Shown here: piece after piece, positions 56,906 to 64,000 of the stretch
Layout: each line of letters begins with the position of its first letter
Position numbering within the stretch: position 1 is the stretch's first letter
NCBI GenBank assembly: GCA_902764415.1
Contig: CACWVU010000004.1
Coordinates: forward strand, 15,758 to 79,757
Length of the DNA: 64,000 nt
Direction of reading: 5' to 3'
DNA from: an uncultured bacterium
Lineage (GTDB): Bacteria; Verrucomicrobiota; Kiritimatiellia; RFP12; UBA1067
Notes under the pieces: model-generated
The model's database searches: none
Seen by the model: the letters and a program-made list of their open reading frames with translations, nothing else
Told to the model about the DNA's origin: nothing
Program-made: the position numbers and the translations under genes

Positions 56906-58593
56906 TGCTCCTCCGTCACGCGCAGAATCTCCTTGACGCTCGTCACCCCGGCGAACACCTTGGCCCAGCCGTCTTCGCGCAGCGTCTTCATGCCCTTCGA
57001 GAGCGAGAGGTTGCGGATCTGGGTGGCGTTCTCGCGGCGGACGATCGCGCCCTCGATGTCCTCGTCCACCTCCAGCACCTCGAAGAGCGCGCGGCGGCCC
57101 TTGTAGCCAGTGCGGGTGCAGGCGTCGCAGCCGTCCGGCTCGAACACGGTGTTCTGCGGCGGCGGCGTGTCGAGGTTGTAGTACTTCATGTCGAGCGGAA
57201 CCTCGCGGCGGCACTTCGGGCAGAGGCGGCGGCAGAGGCGCTGGCCCATCACGCCCGCGACGGCGGAGGCGATGAGGAACGGCTCGACGCCCATGTCGAT
57301 GAGGCGCGGGAACGCGCCGGCGGCGTCGTTGGTGTGCAGGGTCGAGAACACCATGTGGCCGGTGAGCGAGGCGTTGATGGCGATCTCGGCCGTCTCGCGG
57401 TCGCGGATTTCGCCGACCATGATGATGTCCGGGTCCTGGCGCAGGAACGCGCGGAGCGCGCGCGCGAAGGTCATGCCGATCTCGGACTGCATCTGCACCT
57501 GGTTGATGCCGGCCATGTGGTACTCGATCGGGTCCTCGGCGGTCATGATGCGGACGTCGATCTTGTTGACTTCCGAGAGGAAGGAGTAGAGCGAGGTCGA
57601 CTTGCCGGAGCCGGTCGGGCCGGTCACGAGGAAGATGCCGTTCGGGCGGTGGATGATCTTGTTCACCACCTCGTAGTCGCGCTCGTTGAAGCCGAGGTCG
57701 TCCATCTTCACGAACGAGCCGGACTTCGCGAGGAGTCGGAGCGAGATCGACTCGCCGTAGGCAGCCGGCATCGTGGAGACGCGGATGTCGATGTCCTGCC
57801 CGGCGATGCGGATGCCGATGCGGCCGTCCATCGGCAGGCGCTTCTCGGCGATGTCGAGGTTGGCCATCACCTTGATGCGCGAGATGATCGCGTTCTTGAG
57901 GCGGTTGAGCTGCGGGGGGACGTCCACCTTGTGGAGCATGCCGTCGATGCGGTAGCGGATCCTGAGCTCCGTCTCCTGCGGCTCGATGTGGATGTCGGTC
58001 GCTCCCTGGCGGTCGGCCTCGGCGATGATCTGGTTCACGAAACGGACGATCGACGCCTCCTCGCCCATCTCGTTGACGTCGATCTTCGTCATCGTGCCGA
58101 TGTCGTCGCCGACCTCGTAGCGGCCGTCCTCGAGCATCTTCTCGATCGCCTCGGCGCCGACGCCGTAGAACTTCTTGACGGCCTTCTCGACCTCCTCCTT
58201 CGGCGCGAGCGCCACCTTCACCGCCACCCCGGCCGCGAGCCGCGCGCCATCCGCCGCCGCGGTGTCGAACGGGTCGGAGGCGACGATGGTGAGCGCGTTG
58301 CCGTCGAGCCGGAACGGCAGCACGGTGAACTGGTTCACCGCCGCGGCGGTCAGTTTCTGCAACGCCTCGGGGGACGGGTTCTGGCGCGAGAGGTCGACGG
58401 TCTCGAGGCCGAGCGCGCGCCCGACGGCGGCGAGGAACTCCGCCTCCTTCACGCCGCCGAACTTGACCGCCGCCTCGGCGAGCCCCATGCCAGGGTTCGC
58501 GGCGCGCTGCGAGACGATGCGCTCGATGGCCTCGTCGGAGTAGACGCCCGTCGACTTCAGGATCAGCGTGGCCAGTGAGGAGCTTTCGGACAT
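56902..58593 (-). CDS. gspE: type II secretion / type IV pilus assembly ATPase (GspE/PilB family)
   Basis: GSPII_E_N-like N-domain, Walker A GPTGSGKST, the tetracysteine CRRLCPKC...CDAC. Confidence 0.85.
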   Translation of the reverse strand: MSESSSLATLILKSTGVYSDEAIERIVSQRAANPGMGLAEAAVKFGGVKEAEFLAAVGRALGLETVDLSRQNPSPEALQKLTAAAVNQFTVLPFRLDGNALTIVASDPFDTAAADGARLAAGVAVKVALAPKEEVEKAVKKFYGVGAEAIEKMLEDGRYEVGDDIGTMTKIDVNEMGEEASIVRFVNQIIAEADRQGATDIHIEPQETELRIRYRIDGMLHKVDVPPQLNRLKNAIISRIKVMANLDIAEKRLPMDGRIGIRIAGQDIDIRVSTMPAAYGESISLRLLAKSGSFVKMDDLGFNERDYEVVNKIIHRPNGIFLVTGPTGSGKSTSLYSFLSEVNKIDVRIMTAEDPIEYHMAGINQVQMQSEIGMTFARALRAFLRQDPDIIMVGEIRDRETAEIAINASLTGHMVFSTLHTNDAAGAFPRLIDMGVEPFLIASAVAGVMGQRLCRRLCPKCRREVPLDMKYYNLDTPPPQNTVFEPDGCDACTRTGYKGRRALFEVLEVDEDIEGAIVRRENATQIRNLSLSKGMKTLREDGWAKVFAGVTSVKEILRVTEEQ

Positions 58594-58618
58594 TGCGGTG
58601 GGATTCCTTGTGCGGTGG

Positions 58619-59728
58619 TCAGACTACGGGACGGATGTACTTCGACTTGAGCGCCCGCCAGAGAACGACGCAGAACGCCGACAGCGGAATCGCCAGCAGC
58701 ATCCCGAGGAGCGGACCGAGGAGCGTCGACCAGAGGAAGAACGAAAAGATCACCCCGGCGTAGCCGAGCCCGGTACGGCCGCCCTGGATCTTCGGAGTGA
58801 TGAAGTAGCCGTCGAGCAGCTGCCCCGCAAGCCACACCGCGAGCACCGCCACCAGCCGCAGCGAGGAGCCGCCCGCGCCGAAGTAGGCGAGCGGCAGCGC
58901 GACCGGCAGGCAGACGAGCGAGCCGAGGAACGGCACCAGGTTGATCGTGCCGAGCGCGAAGCCGACGAGGAATCCGTATGGGAGGCCGACGAGCGTGAAG
59001 CCGACGCCGTAGAGCACGCCTTCCACGAGGCAGATCACCGCCTGGCGCTGGAAGAAGGAGACCAGGATGCCGGTGAACGCGTCGAACTGCTCCGCCACGA
59101 ACGCGCGCGTCTCGGGCTTGAGGAACGCGAGCTCCTCCACGATCTCGCTGCCGCGGCGCTCGCGCGTGGTGAGGAAGAAGACGAAGAAGATCACCGTCAC
59201 CAGCGCGGAGATGAGTCCGCCGAGGAGCTTCAGCGCGCCGGTGCCGGCCTTGAGCGCCGTCGCGCCGTATTGGGTGTAGAAGTCGCCGAGGCTCTCGTAG
59301 GGGACGCCCATCTGCACCAGCAGCGAGTGGAGGCGCGGGAAGGTCTCGCGGAACCACGCCGTCACCTGCGCGGCGAGGTGAGGCCCCTGGGAGATGAGGT
59401 TGGAGAGCTGGTCCACCACCACCGCGCCGGCGTACCACACCGCGAAGCCGACCGGCACGAAGATCGTGGCGCACATGACGACGAGCGCCAGCGTCGGGTT
59501 GTGCACAAGCCGCCGCCACCAGTGGTAGTAGGGGCGGAAGAAGAGCGCGAGGAAGAACCCCAGGAGCACCGGCACCAGCGCCGGCGAGGCAAACGCGAGC
59601 GCCCGGAGCAGGAACCAAGCCACGAACGCGGCGAACGTCAGCAGCGCCACCGTCGCCAGCACCGCAAGCCCGTTCGCGCCAGACCGGCGCGGACGATCCT
59701 GCCCGCCAACACTCTTTTCTTCCACCAT
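58619..59728 (-). CDS. AI-2E family transporter (PerM/UPF0118)
   Basis: 8 TM helices in the typical AI-2E pattern. Appears leaderless: TGGTATAATACGCCCAC + ATG. Confidence 0.75.
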   Translation of the reverse strand: MVEEKSVGGQDRPRRSGANGLAVLATVALLTFAAFVAWFLLRALAFASPALVPVLLGFFLALFFRPYYHWWRRLVHNPTLALVVMCATIFVPVGFAVWYAGAVVVDQLSNLISQGPHLAAQVTAWFRETFPRLHSLLVQMGVPYESLGDFYTQYGATALKAGTGALKLLGGLISALVTVIFFVFFLTTRERRGSEIVEELAFLKPETRAFVAEQFDAFTGILVSFFQRQAVICLVEGVLYGVGFTLVGLPYGFLVGFALGTINLVPFLGSLVCLPVALPLAYFGAGGSSLRLVAVLAVWLAGQLLDGYFITPKIQGGRTGLGYAGVIFSFFLWSTLLGPLLGMLLAIPLSAFCVVLWRALKSKYIRPVV

Positions 59729-59751
59729 GTGGGCGTATTATACCATAAATA

Positions 59752-60390
59752 TCACCAGAACTCCCAGTGGTCGGCGAAAACGACGAGGAGGCCGAGGGCG
59801 AGGTTGGTGACGGCGTGGGCGACGATCGCGGCGAAAAGACCGAACCGCCGCGCGACGAGTCCGTAGACGACGCCGGCCACCGCGCCCACCGCCCAGCGAT
59901 CGCCATGCTCGACGGCGAAGAGCGCCACCATCCACCAGAATCCGGCGAAATCCACCAGCCACCGGCGGAAGAAAAGCTCCTCCGCGGCGGAAATGACGAA
60001 CGCACTCGCCGCCAGCTTCGCAAGCGTCAGCGCCCAGCCGCAGACCTCGGGCGAATACGGCGAATCCGCCGCGGAAAGCGGCGCGGCGGCGGGGACGCCG
60101 GGGAACGAGCCGAGCCAGAGCTCGGGCGCGATCCAGACGACGAAGACGAGAAGGCCGGCGAGAACGGAGAGGGCGTGATTCGTGGTTCGTGGTTCGTGGT
60201 TCGTGGTTCGTGGTTCGTGACTCGTGGTTCGTGGTTCGCGGTTCGTGGGGAGAAATGCGATGAGCAACGCGGCGGTAACGGCGCCGCGGACGGCATACGC
60301 CCAGGCGGTCGCGGGCAGCGTGACCATCAGCGCCATCCAGGCCGCGTAGGGGGCGACGAGGGCCACGCTTCTCTTCGCTCCGTCCGTCAT
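59752..60390 (-). CDS. CPBP (CAAX) family intramembrane metalloprotease
   Basis: AAEELFFRRWL (the EExxxR motif) and FxxxH. Contains an in-frame heptamer array encoding (HEPRTTN)3. Confidence 0.75.
   Translation of the reverse strand: MTDGAKRSVALVAPYAAWMALMVTLPATAWAYAVRGAVTAALLIAFLPTNREPRTTSHEPRTTNHEPRTTNHALSVLAGLLVFVVWIAPELWLGSFPGVPAAAPLSAADSPYSPEVCGWALTLAKLAASAFVISAAEELFFRRWLVDFAGFWWMVALFAVEHGDRWAVGAVAGVVYGLVARRFGLFAAIVAHAVTNLALGLLVVFADHWEFW
60170..60235. repeat. heptamer array (GTTCGTG x about 9) in-frame inside the CPBP protease gene
   Basis: 63 nt = 9 heptamers = 21 codons. Gain or loss of one unit would shift the frame. Confidence 0.8.
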
Positions 60391-60400
60391 CGGCGCCGTC

Positions 60401-61441
60401 CTACTTCGCCTTGAGCGAGCGCTTGAGGATCGCCAGCAGCCGGCGACGGTCGTCGACCGAGAGCGCGGCGATCCGCGGCTCCCACTCGGACTCGAACTCG
60501 CCCTTCTCCTCGGCGAAGGAGAGGAAGTGCGCCTTGAGCACCTTGCGGGCGGCGTCGAGGTGGCGGCGGACCTCGGGGTTGAGCTCGTCCATCACCAGCG
60601 CGTTCTCGGCGTGGAGCGCGGGGAATCGCGGCGAGACGAGGTAGGCGGTGAAGCTCGCGCCGACGCCGGTGCGGACGCCGGCGGGCAGCTCGTGGAGCTG
60701 GAAGCCGTCGGGTCCGGCGAGGATGAGCTTGCCGGACCCGGCGAACTTGCGCTTCCACTCGATCACCTCGAGCTTGGCCTCCTGCCCGCCCTCGACGGTG
60801 AGCTTGTAGTCGGTGGCGCGCTTCTGGACGATCACCGGGGTGACCGGCAGTCCGTTGAAGTAGATGCGCACGTGCGGGTAGCTCTTGAGGTAGAGCGCGA
60901 AACGCGCGGCAAGGCTGCGCACCGCCTCGCCCGCGTCAAGCAGCGAGTCGCAGACGGCGCGGACGCCGGTGATGTACACCTCGGTGCCGGTCGCGGGACC
61001 GATCTCCGCGGCGTCGAGGTCGAAGACGCCGGGACGGTCCGCCTCGCCGACGATGCGGTAGGACATCAGCTCCTTGCCGACGCGCATCGTGGTGCGCCAC
61101 TCGGCGTGGAGGCCGAGCGCGAACGCGCGGAAGCGCCCGCGCCCGTGCCGCCCGTGGAGGCGTCGTCCCGCCGCCGGCGTGTTGCCGCCCTCGCGCTTCC
61201 AGCTGCCGCCGAGGTTGCCGAAGGTGGAGTCGGCCTTGAGGACGTCGATGCCGGTGCCGTCGTCGACTACCCTCACCGCCTCCACTCCACCGAGCGGGTT
61301 GGTGAGGACATCGACCTTGACCTCGTTCGCGTCTGCGTCGAGCGCGTTCCAGACGAGCTCCTCGACCGCCGAGAGCGGCGTGCCCTTGAAGAGCGACTCG
61401 ATGTGGTCGGCCTGGGCCTGGACGTATATCTGCTTGCTCAT
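60401..61441 (-). CDS. GHKL-superfamily (histidine-kinase / HSP90-like) ATPase, standalone
   Basis: N-box SAVEELVWNALDADA and G1 box VDDGTGI. No kinase dimerisation or other domains recognised. Confidence 0.55.
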   Translation of the reverse strand: MSKQIYVQAQADHIESLFKGTPLSAVEELVWNALDADANEVKVDVLTNPLGGVEAVRVVDDGTGIDVLKADSTFGNLGGSWKREGGNTPAAGRRLHGRHGRGRFRAFALGLHAEWRTTMRVGKELMSYRIVGEADRPGVFDLDAAEIGPATGTEVYITGVRAVCDSLLDAGEAVRSLAARFALYLKSYPHVRIYFNGLPVTPVIVQKRATDYKLTVEGGQEAKLEVIEWKRKFAGSGKLILAGPDGFQLHELPAGVRTGVGASFTAYLVSPRFPALHAENALVMDELNPEVRRHLDAARKVLKAHFLSFAEEKGEFESEWEPRIAALSVDDRRRLLAILKRSLKAK

Positions 61442-61490
61442 GTTCTGGTTTCGCTCCTCGTGGCCTGGCGGCGCGGCCGAACTGCCGCGC

Positions 61491-61703
61491 CTACGCCTCC
61501 ATCGGCTCGACCGCGCCGGACTTGGTCACTTTCTCGATCCGCAGGCGGATCGCCTCGAGGCTTTTCTGGCATTCGGCGACGAGCTTCCTGCCGTCCTCGA
61601 ACGCGGCGATCATCTCGTCCAGCCCCATCTCGCCGGACTCCATCCTGGAGACCAGCGCCTCAAGCTTCTTGAGACTGTCCTCGAACTTCACTTCCGCCGC
61701 CAT
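61491..61703 (-). CDS. xseB: exodeoxyribonuclease VII small subunit
   Basis: FEDSLKKLEALVSRMESGEMGLDEMIAAFEDGRKLVAECQKSLE follows the XseB consensus. No xseA nearby. Confidence 0.8.
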   Translation of the reverse strand: MAAEVKFEDSLKKLEALVSRMESGEMGLDEMIAAFEDGRKLVAECQKSLEAIRLRIEKVTKSGAVEPMEA

Positions 61704-61704
61704 G

Positions 61705-63384
61705 TCACTTCGCGTTGCGCATGCACATGGTGACGGTCTGCACGGTGTTCGGCTCGATGACGATGTCGATCGCGCGGGCGTCTGGCTTCATGCCCTCGTA
61801 CTTCTCCATCGCCACGCCGTCATAGCCCCACTGCGTGTCCTCCCAGGAGAGCTGGCGCCAGGGCTTGGCGTCGCCCGGCACCTCGCGGCAGTCGAGGAAC
61901 TGCTCGGGGCAGCTCACGGTGCGGTAGGTGGGCGCCGCGAGCAGCTTGCCGGCGACGGTGACGCGGACGGTCTCCGGCGTCTGCTTGGTGTTGACCATCA
62001 TGAGGCAGAGCTCGCCGAGGTTGTCGCTCGTCGCCGCCACCCACTCGACCTCGCCGTCGACCTTGGGGGCCTTCCTGCGTCCGTCGACGCCGCCCTCCTT
62101 GAGCGCGCGGCGGCGGGCGTAAACCTGGTCCATCACCCGCGAGGAGGTGTAGAACGTGTCCTCGACGTCGGTCGCCTTCGAGGTGCCGTGGTGGAAGAGG
62201 AGCGGATGCTCCTTGATGCCCTCGGTGAGAATGCGGTAGACGGCGCCCATGCCGCCGATGTCGAGGCGCGGACGGTTGTACGGCGAGCGCATGTCGCGGT
62301 ATTCACCGCCGGCGTCGCGCCACTGGATCGCCCAGTTCTTGCCGGTGGACTGGTAGATGCCGCCGGAGATCGCCAGGATCTGGTGGTGGTTGTAGCCGTC
62401 CACCTCGGGCTGCATGATCATCGAGAGCGCGTAGTGGCCCATCACCAGCGACTCGCGGAACATGCGCTGGCAACGGTTGTCCTCGTCGGAGCGCGGACGG
62501 ATCTCGGTTAGCCAGTACTGCTTGCCCTTGAGCTCCGGGAACGCCTCGCAGAACGCGCGGAAGCGCTTGATGCCGTAATAAGAGCAGCTGTAGGGCGACT
62601 CCGCGCCATAGGCGTGCCAGATCACGTGGGTGATGTGCTTGAGCGCGCCGAGCTCGGACATCTTCGTCACGAACTGCGCCGAGTAGCGGTTGAAGTCGGC
62701 CGCGGCGAAGTAGGTGTTGCGCTCGATCTTGCCCTCGCTGAGCATGCGGTTGCGGACCTGGGTGATGTCGGGGTTGAGCTCGAAGAGCTCGGCGACGTTG
62801 ATGCCGAGCTTGATGCCGGGCCAGATCTTGACGAGCTTCTCCACGACCTCGGCCCAGTGCGGGGCGAGTTTCGGGTAACTGGGGCTGTAGTAGGTCTCGT
62901 TGCCGAGCTCGAAGCCGGCGACGACGTCCTTGTAGTCGTTGTCGACGATCCACTGGACGAACTCGTAGATGCCGGGCTTCTGCTTGTCGCCCCAGCACTC
63001 GAGGGTGAAGACGACCTTGATGCCGTTCGCCTTCCAGAACCTGAACGCGGCGTCGGGGTTGGAGAGCGGCTTGCCCTCCTTGTCCTTCTTGTTGCGCTCC
63101 TCGAACCAGGCGTTGGCGCTCCACATGCGCTGGAACCAGGCGCCGGCGTCCTTCATCGCCTGCGCGGTCTCGAGCCCGTGGTCCTGGAACCAGTAGGTGT
63201 CGGGGTCGGCCGGCAGTCCGTAGCCATAGAAGCGGCAGCCGGCGTAGCCGATGATCGGTCCGCAGGTCGATTTCCTTACGTCCTTGACCGGCTTCCCCGA
63301 GAGGTCGAGGTCGATCTTGAAGTCCGCCATGGACGGCCCGGCGCAGGCCAGGACCAGCACGGCGGCGATAGTCTTTGCGTTCAT
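61705..63384 (-). CDS. secreted glycoside hydrolase (TIM-barrel, GH5/GH30-like NE catalytic motif)
   Basis: Signal peptide MNAKTIAAVLVLACAGPSMA, GFELGNETYY. RBS AAAAGGAGAA. Confidence 0.55.
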   Translation of the reverse strand: MNAKTIAAVLVLACAGPSMADFKIDLDLSGKPVKDVRKSTCGPIIGYAGCRFYGYGLPADPDTYWFQDHGLETAQAMKDAGAWFQRMWSANAWFEERNKKDKEGKPLSNPDAAFRFWKANGIKVVFTLECWGDKQKPGIYEFVQWIVDNDYKDVVAGFELGNETYYSPSYPKLAPHWAEVVEKLVKIWPGIKLGINVAELFELNPDITQVRNRMLSEGKIERNTYFAAADFNRYSAQFVTKMSELGALKHITHVIWHAYGAESPYSCSYYGIKRFRAFCEAFPELKGKQYWLTEIRPRSDEDNRCQRMFRESLVMGHYALSMIMQPEVDGYNHHQILAISGGIYQSTGKNWAIQWRDAGGEYRDMRSPYNRPRLDIGGMGAVYRILTEGIKEHPLLFHHGTSKATDVEDTFYTSSRVMDQVYARRRALKEGGVDGRRKAPKVDGEVEWVAATSDNLGELCLMMVNTKQTPETVRVTVAGKLLAAPTYRTVSCPEQFLDCREVPGDAKPWRQLSWEDTQWGYDGVAMEKYEGMKPDARAIDIVIEPNTVQTVTMCMRNAK

Positions 63385-63613
63385 TTGTTCTCCTTTTTTG
63401 TTTTTGAAAAATGTCGTAATGAGTATAGTATAGCAAATCCCGGTTCTGCGCGCAACGGCGGCGCAAGTGGTTTTCTTTTAGCCGCAACCGCCTTCGCCAA
63501 GGCTGCGGTGGTCAAGAAGAACGCAAAGGTCGCAAAGTGCACCCCTGCTAGTGCATCCGCTTCGCGGACAGCCTACGGCTGGGGGATATGCGCAAACTGT
63601 CGCGGGATCCTCT

Positions 63614-63802
63614 CTAATCCCCTGGCCTCACATAGTAGCCGCCGTTTTTGGGAGCGCCTCGATATTCAATCTCGCCGGATTCTTTCAACGACTTGATATA
63701 TCGCGAAACCGTGGGGATGCTTTTGCCAATGTGAGTTGCGATTTCATTCGTCCGAACACCAGGGCGCTTGGCTATGGTTTCAAGAACGGCTTTCGCAACC
63801 AT
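63614..63802 (-). CDS. small winged-helix DNA-binding protein
   Basis: VRTNEIATHIGKSIPTVSRYIKSLKESGEIE helix-turn-helix. Start at MVAKAV, preferred over the upstream in-frame M that runs through the iterons. Confidence 0.45.
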   Translation of the reverse strand: MVAKAVLETIAKRPGVRTNEIATHIGKSIPTVSRYIKSLKESGEIEYRGAPKNGGYYVRPGD

Positions 63803-63805
63803 GCA

Positions 63806-63850
63806 GTTTACTCTATCATTTACTCTATCATCCCCTTTGTCATTTACTCT
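63806..63850. repeat. three direct 13-bp repeats (TTTACTCTATCAT/C) immediately upstream of the wHTH gene; candidate operator iterons
   Basis: Seen directly in the sequence. Confidence 0.7.
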
Positions 63851-63860
63851 ATCACCGTCA

Positions 63861-64000
63861 ATGGCTAAGGAAGTCGTATGCCTTCGCGTGGCCTGTCGCT
63901 TCATATACATCCTTGAGCGGCTTGCCGCCGATGGCAAGGCCATCCTCTATTACGACCTTGGTCTCGCTCTCTGTGAGCGAATTGCCTTCAAGCGCATTGC
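63861..64000 (-). CDS. C-terminal end of a minus-strand gene running off the window (unknown; weak resemblance to a Fic-family segment)
   Basis: Open frame ...NALEGNSLTESETKVVIEDGLAIGGKPLKDVYEATGHAKAYDFLSH*. Confidence 0.3.

Overview
The window is a GC-rich bacterial chromosomal segment with about 55 protein-coding genes and one tRNA. Almost all genes lie on the minus strand; only one two-gene operon, a ydbH-like gene and a ynbE-ydbL fusion, is on the plus strand. Flanking regions carry housekeeping and metabolic genes: pta, a TonB-dependent receptor, trpB-like, rdgB, fucI, mscS, rpoN, an rnf operon, hrpB, serS, pheS, a HydG/ThiH-family radical SAM gene, tRNA-Pro, gltA, a GH27 alpha-galactosidase, pyrD, gspE/pilB and xseB. 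Between about 9.1 and 30.9 kb there is a visibly AT-richer island bounded by two paralogous DUF4143 AAA ATPase genes. Its left end carries a 61-bp perfect direct repeat copied from the 3' end of the ynbE-ydbL gene. The island core is a single tightly packed 11-gene minus-strand operon built on a type I restriction-modification system (hsdM, hsdS, hsdR). The operon also contains a second methyltransferase fused to a target-recognition domain, RhuM, a YgjP-like hydrolase and RadC. Inserted between hsdS and hsdR are four non-RM genes: two proteins of unknown function, a 1220-aa KAP-family P-loop NTPase, and a RayT-like HUH transposase-domain fusion carrying in-frame GC-rich repeats. This module is the best candidate for an undescribed defence system. 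Other notable features:
- an rnf operon that lacks rnfE and carries a secreted beta-helix protein gene translationally coupled between rnfB and rnfC;
- a roughly 250-bp structured repeat element present twice, with compensatory hairpin changes;
- CAGCAG-type inverted-repeat elements at four intergenic sites;
- heptamer (GTTCGTG)n arrays both next to promoters and in-frame inside a protease gene, possibly phase-variable;
- a strikingly conserved extended -10 'TGGTATAATACGC' promoter, with several apparently leaderless genes.
All functional calls rest on motif recognition by eye; no database searches were possible.
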